Notes: generated by a model not told the origin, from the letters alone. Counted from the first letter of the stretch, positions 30,377 to 42,293 are shown. The stretch: DNA of 64,000 bases from Trueperaceae bacterium (GCA_965214405.1 OZ243956.1:2880001-2944000), one strand, 5' to 3'. Made by a program: numbers and translations.

Positions 30377-30712
30377 ATGGTGAGCGCGAAAAAGAACTTA
30401 ACAACTGCAATACAAGACCATAACAGGCCAACTTACATCTTGCTTAACAGCGCCTTTCCCGGTGGCGTACCAGAACCCTTCTATCTCCCCCTCTTGTTCG
30501 TGCTTTACGAAGAGATGTCAAACCGAAGTATCTCTAGGGTCATATCTTTTGTCACGGACAAGGAGTATTCGGAGGTCTATAACGATATTCCTATAGTCTC
30601 AGGCTACGTAGAAGGTCAAGAGCAACCTTCAAAAGAATTCTTGGAAAGGGTTGCAGAAGTGAGGCGTATTCTTGATGAGCATGGGTGGCAGGAGTGGCTG
30701 CAAGGGGAGTAA
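30377..30712 (+). CDS. DUF3349-like hypothetical protein (lower GC)
   Basis: FPGGVP..YLPLL.VL and C-terminal VRRILDEHGW; GGAGG RBS. Confidence 0.55.
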   Translation: MVSAKKNLTTAIQDHNRPTYILLNSAFPGGVPEPFYLPLLFVLYEEMSNRSISRVISFVTDKEYSEVYNDIPIVSGYVEGQEQPSKEFLERVAEVRRILDEHGWQEWLQGE

Positions 30713-31248
30713 GGCTTGGGCGCATTAAATCGGCGGCGCGGGAGGACTGGCGGCGCGTCACTGAACGCAGCTTTGAGGTTGCGCGGCTCGAGCACCCCCA
30801 CTTCACAGGCCACGTCACCAAGCTGAACATCTACGTCATCACAGAACCCTTGTACGTCACCGGGTTTGGCAGAAGATTTTGTGTTGCCGACGCTGGCTTT
30901 ACTTGGTTACAGCACTTTCCCGAAGGGACTTACTACACCATGACCACGATGATTGATGCGGCGGGGCGGGTGGTGCATTGGTATTTCGATATCTGCAAAG
31001 AACACGGGCTGGACGAGGCAGGCGTTCCCTGGTGGTACGACCTCTACCTGGACATCGTCGTACTGCCTACGGGCGAGGCCGAGATTTTTGATGGAGATGA
31101 GCTCGAGGTCGCCCTCCAAAGGGGCGACGTGACGCCGGAGGAGGCCGCTTTGGCCTGGCGTGAGGCGAACGCGCTGCTCGAGCAGATTCAAAAGAACCGT
31201 TTGCCCCTGCTTGGGTTGAGCCTCGAGCACGTGAAAAAGTTTCGCTAG
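30685..31248 (+). CDS. DUF402 family protein (true start probably 30706-30716)
   Basis: WLQHFP, WYFDIC, DLYLDIVV, DELEVAL. Confidence 0.8.
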   Translation: MAGVAARGVRLGRIKSAAREDWRRVTERSFEVARLEHPHFTGHVTKLNIYVITEPLYVTGFGRRFCVADAGFTWLQHFPEGTYYTMTTMIDAAGRVVHWYFDICKEHGLDEAGVPWWYDLYLDIVVLPTGEAEIFDGDELEVALQRGDVTPEEAALAWREANALLEQIQKNRLPLLGLSLEHVKKFR

Positions 31249-31284
31249 CCGCGCGTAAAAGCCTCACCCGAACCGAGGTTGGCT

Positions 31285-31312
31285 TGACAACCTTGAGAAT
31301 TAGAGTAAACCG
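31285..31312 (+). promoter_or_regulatory. Candidate sigma70 promoter upstream of the S8 protease
   Basis: Perfect TTGACA at 31285 and TAAACC 16 nt later; AT-rich leader follows. Confidence 0.4.
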
Positions 31313-31542
31313 TTTATTTCACCACACGCCGCACGTTTTTGCCAATCAAAAATTTCACTTCTTTTCGCGCTTCCTTTTGTCATACTCCTTTTGGCTCAAG
31401 CAAATCTCATACACCATCTCGAGCACATAGGGCGCAGGCGGACTAATTTTACGTACGCATCGGGGCCGCGAAGGGAGCTGTAGGGGCGGGGTTTGTCAGG
31501 ATGCCTTTGGGCACGGGTTCTTGTCATGCTTGGGAGACACCT

Positions 31543-33099
31543 TTGAAACTAACACAGTTACGCCTGTTGATGTTTGCGCTGCTTGTTCTCGTTTTGGCCG
31601 CTTGTAGCAATGTAAGTAACGCCCCCGCGGGTGCGCCTCAAACTCCTTCAGAAACGCCTTTAGAATCACCGACGAATGAAGCTGTCTATATACCGGGTCA
31701 GTACATCGTGGTGCTTAAAGGGGGCTCGAGCGGAGACCTGAACACGCAGTCCGCGACGAGCTTCGACCTCACCGTGCAGCGCGTGGCTAACGACTTGGGC
31801 GTGCAGGCGGTTCTGCCCCTGCGGGTTATCAGCGGGTTTGTGGCGAAGAACGTGAGCCAGATTGAGTTGGCGGCGCTTAGAAGCGACCCGCGCGTCGACT
31901 ACGTCGAGCAGGACCAGGTCATCACCATCGACGCCACCCAAAGCAATGCGACGTGGGGTTTGGACCGCATCGACCAGCGTTCGCTGCCCCTCAACGGCTC
32001 CTACACCTACACCGCCACCGGGAGCGGCGTCACGGCCTACATCATCGACACAGGCATCCGCGGCGGCCACAGCGAGTTTAGCGGGCGCATGGTGGGCGGC
32101 TACACGGCGGTGAGCGACGGCAACGGGACGAACGACTGTAACGGGCACGGCACGCACGTGGCGGGGACGGTGGGTGGAAGCACCTACGGCGTCGCCAAGG
32201 GCGTCAAGCTTGCGCCCGTCCGGGTGCTCGGCTGCGACGGCTCGGGGAGCAATTCGGGCGTCATCGCCGGGGTGGACTGGGTGACGTACAACCATTCGGG
32301 GCCGTCGGTGGCGAACATGAGCTTGGGGGGCGGCGCGTCCAGCGCGCTCGACCAGGCGGTGAACAACTCCATCGCCTCGGGCGTGACCTACGCGGTGGCC
32401 GCGGGCAACGACAACAAGAATGCCTGCAACGCCTCACCGGCCAGGGTGGACGCGGCGCTCACGGTGGGCGCGACGACGAGCAGCGACAGCCGGTCGTCGT
32501 TTTCAAACTACGGCACCTGTGTGGACGTGTTCGCGCCAGGCTCGAGTATCACCTCCGCCTGGTACACGAGCACGGGCGCGACCAACACGATTAGCGGCAC
32601 CTCGATGGCGAGCCCGCACGTGGCGGGGGCGGCGGCCTTGTACTTACAAAACAACCCCAACGCCTCGCCCTCAGCGGTATTCAGCAACATCACCAGCACG
32701 GCGAGCACCGGCAAGCTCTCGAGCATCGGCTCGGGCTCACCCAACAAACTTCTCTACACGGGCGGCGGTGCGGGCGGCGGGGGCGGCAGCCCTTGCTCGG
32801 GTTGCGAGAGCTTCACGGGTTCCCTTTCCGGCAGCGGCGACTACGATTACCAGCCCAACGGCACCTACTACTACAGCGGCTCGGGCACCCATAAAGGCGT
32901 CTTGAGCGGCCCCTCGAGCGCCAACTTCAACCTCTATTTGTGGAAGTGGAACGGCTCGAGCTGGAGCACGGTTGCCCAAGGAACGAGTTCCAACTCCGCC
33001 GAAACGGTGACCTACCAGGGCTCCTCGGGCTACTACGTGTGGCGCGTCGAGTCCAGCAGCGGGAGCGGGAGTTACACCTTCCAGTTGAGCCGTCCTTAG
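31543..33099 (+). CDS. S8 subtilisin (aqualysin/proteinase K-like) lipoprotein with I9 propeptide and C-terminal PPC-like domain
   Basis: Lipobox LAAC; IIDTG, HGTHVAGT and SGTSMASPHVAG triad; GGAG then TTG 31543. Confidence 0.93.
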   Translation: MKLTQLRLLMFALLVLVLAACSNVSNAPAGAPQTPSETPLESPTNEAVYIPGQYIVVLKGGSSGDLNTQSATSFDLTVQRVANDLGVQAVLPLRVISGFVAKNVSQIELAALRSDPRVDYVEQDQVITIDATQSNATWGLDRIDQRSLPLNGSYTYTATGSGVTAYIIDTGIRGGHSEFSGRMVGGYTAVSDGNGTNDCNGHGTHVAGTVGGSTYGVAKGVKLAPVRVLGCDGSGSNSGVIAGVDWVTYNHSGPSVANMSLGGGASSALDQAVNNSIASGVTYAVAAGNDNKNACNASPARVDAALTVGATTSSDSRSSFSNYGTCVDVFAPGSSITSAWYTSTGATNTISGTSMASPHVAGAAALYLQNNPNASPSAVFSNITSTASTGKLSSIGSGSPNKLLYTGGGAGGGGGSPCSGCESFTGSLSGSGDYDYQPNGTYYYSGSGTHKGVLSGPSSANFNLYLWKWNGSSWSTVAQGTSSNSAETVTYQGSSGYYVWRVESSSGSGSYTFQLSRP

Positions 33100-33133
33100 A
33101 TGGCGTAGAGAGCAGCCTTGTAACTGTAAGAGA

Positions 33134-33159
33134 GGGGCACCGCATTGTTGCGGTGCCCC
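33134..33159. terminator. Hairpin between the convergent S8 protease and Uma2 genes
   Basis: GGGGCACCGCA-ttgt-TGCGGTGCCCC, 11-bp stem. Confidence 0.7.
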
Positions 33160-33221
33160 GAAACTTTGTGCATCTTGAAACTTTTAGTTGGGGCTCGAGC
33201 CCTCCCTAAGCTTCAAACATC

Positions 33222-33851
33222 CTACGCATCAAATACCTCAGCCACCGTCACCCCAAAACCACTCAGGTCACGCGATGTGGCCCGCTCATCACCTGTAAAA
33301 CGGCCATGAGCTTCATAAGCGGTTGCCCCTCCTGGCAACACATAAACCGTGATGGACGCGTCGCGCGGGTCAACGAGCCAATATTCGGGGATGCCCGCCT
33401 TTGCGTATTCTTCAAACTTCATCACCGCGTCCCGGTTCGGGTCGTCCGGGCTGACAACCTCCAAGACTAAGTCGGCACCCCGCCAGAACTGCTCGCCCCG
33501 CTTTTCGGCGTTTGCATTGCTCATAAAAAGGATGTCAGGCTCGCGGAACTTGCCTTCCCAGAGTTTGATTTTTAGGGAGGCGAAGAAGACCTCACCGAGC
33601 CCCCTTTCGCTGACAAAAGTATAGAGGAGGAGAAACAGAAATCTTACGATGCGTTGGTGGCGTTCGCTGGGCGTGGGTAAAAGCTCGAGCCTTCCCTCTG
33701 AGAGTTCAATCAAATGGTTGGTCGAGAGTAAGAGGTAATCGACCTCCGTCCACTCGCCTTGATAGGGGAAGAACTCGGTCACGGCCAAGGTAGGCTCTCC
33801 CACCTCGTCCTTTGCCTCACGTCTCACCGCCTCCTTCACTCGTGCCTTCAT
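33222..33851 (-). CDS. Uma2 (DUF820) family endonuclease-like protein
   Basis: ELSEGRL, HQ, REPDI, DLVLEVVSP, YAKAGIPEYWLVDP. Confidence 0.92.
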   Translation of the reverse strand: MKARVKEAVRREAKDEVGEPTLAVTEFFPYQGEWTEVDYLLLSTNHLIELSEGRLELLPTPSERHQRIVRFLFLLLYTFVSERGLGEVFFASLKIKLWEGKFREPDILFMSNANAEKRGEQFWRGADLVLEVVSPDDPNRDAVMKFEEYAKAGIPEYWLVDPRDASITVYVLPGGATAYEAHGRFTGDERATSRDLSGFGVTVAEVFDA

Positions 33852-33957
33852 GGCCCCACTGTAGCAGGCGGGGCGCTGCTTCGTGGTTTATGTTGCGACT
33901 TGAACTTGAACAAACAAGCGGCCCCGTCAAGAGCCGCTTCTCTGCCAAAAATACAGA

Positions 33958-35100
33958 CTAACGCTCGTCAACCGGCGTGTAGGTGCGCCCCTTCGGCCCC
34001 TCGTATACGAGGCGCGGGCGCATGATGCGGTTGTCAGCGTACTGCTCATAGAGGTGCGCCATCCAGCCCGAGATGCGGGCCACGGCGAAAATCGGGGTGT
34101 ACATGTCCTTGGGGAACCCCAGCATCCGGTACACGGACGCGGAAAAGAAGTCCACGTTGGGCTTGACGGGCTTGCCCTTCGCCTCCATCTCACGGTCCAT
34201 GACGCGCTCCATCTCGAGGCTCATGTCAAACCACTTCGAGTCGCCCGACTCTTCGGCCAAATCCCCGGCCACCTCACGCAGGATGTTGGCCCTGGGGTCT
34301 AAGACCTTGTACACGCGGTGCCCGAAGCCCATGATGCGCCCCTTGGAGTCGCCCAGCTTGTCCATCACATAAGGCTCGACGCCCTCGACGCTGCCGATAC
34401 TTTCTAACGCGCCCATGACCGCCGAGTTGGCCCCACCGTGCAGCGGCCCCTTGAGACTCGCCACCGCCGCGGTGATGGCGCTGTATACGTCCGTGAGGGT
34501 GGAGGCGGTGGTGCGGGCGGTAAAGGTGCTCGCGTTGGAGCCGTGTTCGGCGTGGAGCACCAAGGCCGCGTCCATCACGCGGGTGGCGGCGTCGGTGGGC
34601 TCTTCGCCCGTCAGCATGTAGAGAAAGTTGCCCGCGACGCCCAGTTCCGGGTGCGGGGTCACGGGGTCCTTGCCGTCCCTGACGCGCTGAAAGGCGGCGG
34701 TGAGGGTAGGAAAGGCCGCGACGAGTTTCGTGCCGATGCGCCGGACGTTTTCTAAATCCACCCCGTCGGGGTTTTCGTCAAACATGGCGAGCATACTCAC
34801 GGCGGTGCGGAGCGCGTGCATCGGGTATACGTCTTTGGGAAGCATCCGGTAGAGGTCGAACACCTCGTCGGGCACGGCGAAGTGCGGCTGAAGCTCCTTT
34901 TGAAAGCTCTTAAGCTCCCCCTCCGTCGGCAAGTCGTCGTTCCAGAGAAGGTAGATGACCTCTTCAAAAGAAGCTTTATCGGCCAACTCGCGGATGTCGT
35001 AGCCGCGGTAGATCAGTTCGCCTTTTTGCCCGTCGATGTCGCAAATTTCGGTGGTGTCGATGTTGACGCCGTCTAAGCCGCGGTGGATGGTGCTTTCCAT
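33958..35100 (-). CDS. gltA: Citrate synthase (ATG 35100 after GGAGG)
   Basis: LHAEHGSNAST, GPLHGGAN, MGFGHRVYK, PNVDF. Confidence 0.95.
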   Translation of the reverse strand: MESTIHRGLDGVNIDTTEICDIDGQKGELIYRGYDIRELADKASFEEVIYLLWNDDLPTEGELKSFQKELQPHFAVPDEVFDLYRMLPKDVYPMHALRTAVSMLAMFDENPDGVDLENVRRIGTKLVAAFPTLTAAFQRVRDGKDPVTPHPELGVAGNFLYMLTGEEPTDAATRVMDAALVLHAEHGSNASTFTARTTASTLTDVYSAITAAVASLKGPLHGGANSAVMGALESIGSVEGVEPYVMDKLGDSKGRIMGFGHRVYKVLDPRANILREVAGDLAEESGDSKWFDMSLEMERVMDREMEAKGKPVKPNVDFFSASVYRMLGFPKDMYTPIFAVARISGWMAHLYEQYADNRIMRPRLVYEGPKGRTYTPVDER

Positions 35101-35297
35101 GCTTCCTCCTTGTAAACTGCTTCTTGGCGTGGGCACAGTGTGATAAGCGCGCTCACGAGGGTGTTGCTCGAGCCTCAGTCATGCCATTGTACCCTTTTCA
35201 AGCCAGGAGGAAGGCAGGCGAAGCTTCAGGCTGCACCGCTATATCGAGGTGGCAGTTGTATGGGAGTGGCGAGGACGGAACGAGGTTGTAAAAACCG

Positions 35298-36188
35298 TTA
35301 AGAACTCCCGGAAACGTTCGGTTCATCCTTTAACACCCTCAACAGGGTCTCGCCGTAGCGCTCGAGCTTCACCGGCCCGATGCCCTTGACAGCTTTTAGC
35401 TCATCCAAAGTTTCCGGATTTTCGCGCGCTAACTGCGTCAAACTCTCGTTGCGAAGCACGATGTAAGCGGGCAAACCTTCGCGGATGGCGGTGGCCTTGC
35501 GCCAGGCTTCTAGGCGGCGGTAACGCCCCAACGCCGCGGGCGTGAGCGTGTCGGCGGGAGTTTCTGGAGCTTTGATTGGCGTAGCGTCAGGTACGGATAC
35601 ATCCGAGGGGGGAGGGGAGACGGGCTCTCGAGGTTTGGGTTGAGGCTTGGCTTGGGGTTGAGGCTCGGCTCGAGGCTCCCTACTGGCTTCTTTGGCCTCG
35701 CTTTCGGATTCTCTTGGCTCACCTGCTGGCTCATCCGCCCGCACCCACGTATCATCCGCCTCATCACCCTCTTCGCGCGTGAGCAGATACGCGCCCGCCG
35801 CGATGAGGAGCGCCGCGAACGGGGCGGAACTCAAAATGCCGCTCCTGACAAACCCGACGATGAATCCCAAACCCACAAGGAGCCCCGCGACCTGAACGGG
35901 CCAGCGCGAGCGGCGCGGCTCGACCCGGTCAAGCGCGAAAAAGCCCACGCCGAGGCTTATCAAAAAAGCACCGTGCCAGCCCCAGGCCCCCTCGAGCAGG
36001 AACCCCACCGACACGCCTGTCAGCACACAACCGACGAGCAAAAAGCCGTATTTCCGCCGCGCCACATACGCCAGCAAGAAGCCCGCCGCGACGAACCCCA
36101 CCCAGAACCAGCCCGCGTAGCCGCTACTGGGGAGGAGCGCGAGACCACCAAGCGCCAGAAGCGCGTACCCAAGCCACCGTTCTTTCAT
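35298..36188 (-). CDS. Membrane protein with a C-terminal HRDC domain
   Basis: About 6 TM helices, Pro/Glu linker, then LEAWRK..GLPAYIVLRNESL..VKGIGPVKLERYG. Confidence 0.82.
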   Translation of the reverse strand: MKERWLGYALLALGGLALLPSSGYAGWFWVGFVAAGFLLAYVARRKYGFLLVGCVLTGVSVGFLLEGAWGWHGAFLISLGVGFFALDRVEPRRSRWPVQVAGLLVGLGFIVGFVRSGILSSAPFAALLIAAGAYLLTREEGDEADDTWVRADEPAGEPRESESEAKEASREPRAEPQPQAKPQPKPREPVSPPPSDVSVPDATPIKAPETPADTLTPAALGRYRRLEAWRKATAIREGLPAYIVLRNESLTQLARENPETLDELKAVKGIGPVKLERYGETLLRVLKDEPNVSGSS

Positions 36189-36357
36189 CGTCCTCCCATC
36201 GTCCTTCTTGGTGCGGCGGGCTCAGCATGGATGTGGCCTCGAGCCGCCCCTTTGCTGAAAATCGCACCAGAAACTCAATCTTTTCCTAGTTTAGCCTCTA
36301 CACGTCCCCCGATGTGTACAGATTTTGGCTTGTGACACCGCTCTTTAAGTGCGCGGG

Positions 36358-37671
<1,314 letters not shown>

Positions 37672-37695
37672 GGACACCTACTTACCGGAGGACAT

Positions 37696-38670
37696 ATGGC
37701 AACACAAACGATGGTTCGGACCATCGCGCGCACGCTTGACGAGGAGATGGCCCGCGACGCGCGCGTGGTGGTGATGGGGCAAGACGTCGGCAAGCGGGGC
37801 GGCGTCTTTCTCGCAACCGAGAAACTTTTTGACAAATACGGCCCCGACCGGGTCCTGGACGCGCCCCTTTCCGAGGCGGCCATCATCGGCGCGGCGGTGG
37901 GGATGGCGGTTCACGGGCTCAGGCCCGTGGCCGAGGTGCAGTTCGCGGATTACGTTTACCCCGGCTTCGACCAGCTCGTCTCGCAGGCGGCGAAGCTGCG
38001 CTACCGCTCGGGGGGCCAATTCACCGCGCCGATGGTGTTGCGGATGCCCGCGGGCGGCGGCGTGAGGGGCGGGCACCACCACTCGCAGAACCCGGAAACG
38101 CACTTCGTCCACACGCCGGGGCTCAAGGTGGTCTATCCCTCGAGCCCCACCGACGCCAAAGGACTTTTGAAGACCGCCATCCGCGACGAGGACCCGGTGG
38201 TGTTTCTCGAGCCCAAACGCCTCTACCGCGCGCTCAAGGAAGAGGTGCCGGGCGGGGATTACACCATCCCCCTGGGCGAGGCCAAGGTGCGCCGCGAGGG
38301 CGACGACGTGGTGTTGGTGTCTTACGGTGGCTCAATGGCCGAGACGTTGAAGGCTGCCGACGCGCTTGCAGAGCAAAAGGTCAGCGCGACGGTGATTGAC
38401 CTGCGCTCCTTGTTGCCGTGGGACAAAGACGCTGTGCTGAACGCTGTTGCCAGAGTGGGCCGCACCGTCTTAGTCAGCGAAGCACCTCACACGAACGGCT
38501 TTGTCGGCGAGGTGGCGGCGACGATTGCCGAGGAAATCCTCGACAGCCTCCTCGCGCCGCCCTTGCGCGTGACCGGCTTCGACACGCCCTACCCTTACGC
38601 TCAAGACCGCGCGTACCTGCCGGGCGTCAATCGCATTTTGCAGGCGGTGCAGAAGGTGCTGAGCTATTAA
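37696..38670 (+). CDS. bkdA2: Branched-chain 2-oxoacid dehydrogenase E1 beta
   Basis: [28 protein letters not shown]. Confidence 0.9.
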   Translation: MATQTMVRTIARTLDEEMARDARVVVMGQDVGKRGGVFLATEKLFDKYGPDRVLDAPLSEAAIIGAAVGMAVHGLRPVAEVQFADYVYPGFDQLVSQAAKLRYRSGGQFTAPMVLRMPAGGGVRGGHHHSQNPETHFVHTPGLKVVYPSSPTDAKGLLKTAIRDEDPVVFLEPKRLYRALKEEVPGGDYTIPLGEAKVRREGDDVVLVSYGGSMAETLKAADALAEQKVSATVIDLRSLLPWDKDAVLNAVARVGRTVLVSEAPHTNGFVGEVAATIAEEILDSLLAPPLRVTGFDTPYPYAQDRAYLPGVNRILQAVQKVLSY

Positions 38671-38702
38671 GTAGCTAAACGGGCCTCAACTAGTTATGAG
38701 AA

Positions 38703-39491
38703 GTGCTTTACCGTTGGATGGCGGATTCTGGGATGGATGAAATCGTGATGAAGAGACCAATAAATGTACCAACACGAGCAACAGCAGATTTCATCGCATC
38801 TTATCTTCCTGTAGGAGCAGAGGTTCTTGAAATCGGATGCGGCGTGGGGCATGTTGCCTTGGAGCTTTTGAACCACGGTTACCATGTGACCGGCGTGGAT
38901 TCCGATCCAGATGCCGTCGCGCAAGCTAGAGGGCGCGGAGTCCCGGCAGTGCAGGCGTCGTGGCCGGAGTTTGAAGGTATGTCTGTTGACGCCGTTGCTT
39001 TCACCCGCTCGTTGCACCACATCAGCCCGCTCCGGCAGGCAGTTGACAAGGCGCGAAACGTCTTGCAACCAACGGGGACGCTCTTGGTTGAGGATTTCGC
39101 GTTCGACGAAGTGGACAGAGTAACGATGAACTGGTTTCTGGACGTGCTCATTTCTCAGGCGGGTCGAGCATTCGTCGAAGCGGTTCCAGATGAGTTGGTT
39201 ACAGATTTACAGAGGGAGAGAGACCCGGTAGCTGTCTGGCATGAGAGTCACGACCATGACCTTCACACAATGGCCGCGATGACGCAAGCCGTAGCAGCGC
39301 ACTTTGTTGTCTCACAAACTCAGCCGGTTCCGTATCTTTATCGTTACCTCGTTCCGGTGCTGATGGAAACCCCGGAAGCAGAGGAGTTCCTAAAGGAGGT
39401 ATTCCATGAGGAAGTCCGCCTGGGGATGCGTGAGGAAATAGCGCTTATTGGCCGTCGCATCGTAGGATTACCACGAGAGGCAGTAACTTAG
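38703..39491 (+). CDS. Class I SAM-dependent methyltransferase, lower GC, inserted in the operon; start uncertain
   Basis: VLEIGCGVG, VTGVD, SLHHI, LQPTGTLLVED. Confidence 0.85.
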   Translation: MLYRWMADSGMDEIVMKRPINVPTRATADFIASYLPVGAEVLEIGCGVGHVALELLNHGYHVTGVDSDPDAVAQARGRGVPAVQASWPEFEGMSVDAVAFTRSLHHISPLRQAVDKARNVLQPTGTLLVEDFAFDEVDRVTMNWFLDVLISQAGRAFVEAVPDELVTDLQRERDPVAVWHESHDHDLHTMAAMTQAVAAHFVVSQTQPVPYLYRYLVPVLMETPEAEEFLKEVFHEEVRLGMREEIALIGRRIVGLPREAVT

Positions 39492-39555
39492 AAAACAGAA
39501 ACGCTGAGCTTGCAGCTTCGTGCGTTGATCTTATCTGATTCTACTGAGGAGCATT

Positions 39556-41028
39556 ATGGCTAAAGAGTTTTTGCTACCCGAACTCGCCGAGTCCGTCGTC
39601 GAGGGTGAGATTGTCAAGTGGCTGGTTGGCGAGGGCGAGTGCGTCGAGGAGGACCAGCCCGTCGTTGAGGTGATGACCGACAAGGTGACAGTCGAGTTGC
39701 CGAGCCCGTATGCGGGGGTGCTCGAGAAGCAACTCGTCAAAGAGGGCGACGTGGTACCCGTAAACGAACCCATTGCGCTTTTTGGTGATGGTACTTCGCA
39801 GGGTGCTCCGCAGGCGGAGACGGAACCCGCTCGAGCCGACACAAATCAGGCAACTGATACAGAAACCGACCCAGCCCCAAGCCTTCAGGCCGAAGAGGAG
39901 CGCTCGATTGTCGAACCGGGCGGACCCGCTGAAGAGGACGATGGCGACAGCCTGAGCCTCTTCAAAGCGTCTAAAGACGTGGACGAAGGCCCCACCTTTC
40001 AGGTGCGGCGCGCTGAGCAGGAAATGAGCGGGGCGTCCGAGGCAAAAGGAGCCACGGGACCCTATGGTCGCCCGCTGGCCGTGCCCGCGGCGCGCAAACT
40101 AGCCAGGGCAGAAGGCGTTGACATCGCCCAGGTGCAGGGGAGCGGCCCCAACGGGCGCATTCGCGTCGAGGACGTGCGTAAGCACACTGAGCTTATCAAG
40201 GCTGGAGGTGCTAAAGCTGCGCCCGCCTCGAGTCAGCCTGCCCAACCTACTCAGCCCACCGTTCAACCCACTGTGGGACGCACCGTCTACAAAACGCCGC
40301 AGGGCTACGGCGAGTTAGAAGAGCGCCTCCCCGTCCGCGGCCTCCGCCGCGCCATTGCCAACCAGATGGTCGCCTCGCACTTGCAGTCGGTCCGCACGCT
40401 CCACGTGGACGAGGCGGACGTGGGCGAACTCGTCGCCATGCGAGAACGCCTAAAACCTTTGGCGGAAAAGCGCGGCGTCAAGCTCTCGTATCTACCTTTC
40501 ATCCTTAAGGCGGTGGTCGCGGCGCTCAAGGCGTTTCCGATGATCAACGCCTCTTTAGACGAAGACGCGGGCGAGATTGTCCGCAAGCACTACTACAACT
40601 TAGGTGTCGCGGTCGCCACCGACAACGGTTTGGTCGTGCCCGTCGTCAGAGACGCCGACCGAAAGAGTGTGCTCGAGCTAGCCACCGAAATAGGCGACCT
40701 CGCCGAGCGGGCGCGCACCGGCAAGCTGGCACCCGAAAACGTCAAGGGCGGCACCTTTAGCGTGACCAACATCGGGTCGCTGGGCGGGCTCTTTTCTTTC
40801 CCCATTATCAACGTGCCCGAGGCGGCGATTTTGGGGGTTCACTCGATCAAAAAACGCCCGGTTGTCTTGGAGGATGATTCAGGGGAGGATTCCATCGTCG
40901 CCCGGCCCATGCTCTACCTCTCGCTGTCGTTCGACCACCGCGTGGTGGACGGCGCGGAGGCGGCGATGTTTACGGGCTACGTGATTGAACTTTTGGAAAC
41001 GCCCGAGTCGCTGATGCTTGAAGGCTAG
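39556..41028 (+). CDS. bkdB: Dihydrolipoamide acyltransferase E2
   Basis: Lipoyl motif MTDKV, E3-binding GSGPNGRI, catalytic DHRVVDG. Confidence 0.93.
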   Translation: MAKEFLLPELAESVVEGEIVKWLVGEGECVEEDQPVVEVMTDKVTVELPSPYAGVLEKQLVKEGDVVPVNEPIALFGDGTSQGAPQAETEPARADTNQATDTETDPAPSLQAEEERSIVEPGGPAEEDDGDSLSLFKASKDVDEGPTFQVRRAEQEMSGASEAKGATGPYGRPLAVPAARKLARAEGVDIAQVQGSGPNGRIRVEDVRKHTELIKAGGAKAAPASSQPAQPTQPTVQPTVGRTVYKTPQGYGELEERLPVRGLRRAIANQMVASHLQSVRTLHVDEADVGELVAMRERLKPLAEKRGVKLSYLPFILKAVVAALKAFPMINASLDEDAGEIVRKHYYNLGVAVATDNGLVVPVVRDADRKSVLELATEIGDLAERARTGKLAPENVKGGTFSVTNIGSLGGLFSFPIINVPEAAILGVHSIKKRPVVLEDDSGEDSIVARPMLYLSLSFDHRVVDGAEAAMFTGYVIELLETPESLMLEG

Positions 41029-41054
41029 CGCGCTTCTCTCCTCGTCCTCTACCC

Positions 41055-41085
41055 GAAAAGCCCTGCGCCCGCGCGGGGCTTTTTC
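41055..41085 (+). terminator. Intrinsic terminator after E2
   Basis: GAAAAGCCC...GGGGCTTTTT stem with T tail. Confidence 0.75.
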
Positions 41086-41192
41086 ATATCTTGACGCCGC
41101 GCTTTACGGCTATAGTGGCCCTAAACCGTGGACCCCGCCTTCGACGCCTTTTACCTCGGTCCAGTCAGTGGTACACGAACGGAAGGTGGGCT

Positions 41193-42134
41193 ATGAGGGG
41201 TGAGGGAGACGTTGAGAGCGCAAACGACCCTGTTTTCCCGGCGGGCTTGACGCTGCGGCGACAGGGGGCGAGTTTAGAGCGGGTTAGTTCTCGAGCGGGC
41301 GCGATAGACCTCCTCGTCTCCGCACCCACGCTCGAAATTATTGAGGGAACGTTGCAAAAGGGCGAACGTATCACACTCGTTCCCTCGGCGGGCGCGGTAG
41401 AAACGTACTATCTCCTGTCTGGCTCGTTGCGTTGCGATTTGCCTTCGGGACCCCTAACCGTGCGCGTGGGCGACTGCCTCATCACCGAATCGCTGGCGTC
41501 ACCCACGATTCTTTCCGCAACCGAAGAGGTCCATTTTCTCTACGTCACCTCGAGCCCGATGTTTCACGACATCAGCGGGCGGCTCAACGAACTCATGCAA
41601 CTCGCGGTCGAGGTGGAAATCAAAGACGGCTACACCGCCGAACACTGTTTGCGGTTGCAAAAGCTTTCATTTGAAACGGGCCGAGAGCTCGGACTTCCGC
41701 CCGACCGGCTGCGCCTGCTCTCTTACGGTGCCTACCTGCACGACGTGGGGAAAATAACGGTGCCCGTGAGCATCCTTGAAAAACCCGGCGACCTCACCCA
41801 GGAGGAGTGGGCGGTGATGCGCAAGCACCCGATTTTCGGGCGCGAACTGCTCGAGACGACTTTTATGCGTGACGCCGGTAGAATCGTCGAGCAGCACCAC
41901 GAGCGCATGGACGGTTCGGGCTACCCGTACGGTCTCACGGGTGAGAGCATCCTCACCGAGTCCTACATCGTCGCGGTCACCGACGCGTACGACGCCATGA
42001 CGACCGAGCGCCCCTACCATCAGGCTGTAAGTCATGAAGAGGCGGTGGCCGAGCTCAGGCGCTGCGCCGGTCTGCACTATCCGGCGAACATAGCGGAAGC
42101 TTTCTTCGCCACGCTTGAGCGAGAAAAAGCGTAA
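41193..42134 (+). CDS. Cupin-like plus HD-GYP domain protein (putative c-di-GMP phosphodiesterase)
   Basis: N-terminal beta-rich ETYYLLSGSL..VRVGD; YTAEH, HDVGK, HHERMDGSGYP, DAYDAMTTERPY. Confidence 0.9.
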   Translation: MRGEGDVESANDPVFPAGLTLRRQGASLERVSSRAGAIDLLVSAPTLEIIEGTLQKGERITLVPSAGAVETYYLLSGSLRCDLPSGPLTVRVGDCLITESLASPTILSATEEVHFLYVTSSPMFHDISGRLNELMQLAVEVEIKDGYTAEHCLRLQKLSFETGRELGLPPDRLRLLSYGAYLHDVGKITVPVSILEKPGDLTQEEWAVMRKHPIFGRELLETTFMRDAGRIVEQHHERMDGSGYPYGLTGESILTESYIVAVTDAYDAMTTERPYHQAVSHEEAVAELRRCAGLHYPANIAEAFFATLEREKA

Positions 42135-42221
42135 ATTTTGTACTCTCGAGGACGCTGTTGAAAATCCGCTACCGTTCCCGCCTGAGCTCTGCTACTCTCT
42201 TACTAGAAGGTTAACCCCTTC

Positions 42222-42293
42222 CTCGGAGGCTATAATCTCTGCTTCTTATGTGGGCGCTTGGAGCAGAGGGAGCCAGTAGCGCAACCGGCCGAG
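42222..42293 (+). ncRNA. Cyclic di-GMP-II riboswitch aptamer
   Basis: P1 CTCGG/CCGAG; GGAGGC..GCC; stem CTCTGCTTC/GGAGCAGAG; loop TGGGCGCTT pairing with AGCGC (pseudoknot); 3' AGTAGCGCAACCGGCC matches the class II consensus AGUAGUGCAACCGACC with a compensatory change. Confidence 0.88.

Noticed and set aside
31313..31542. Riboswitch in the long leader of the S8 protease
   Set aside because: Pyrimidine-rich, but no recognisable aptamer or terminator.
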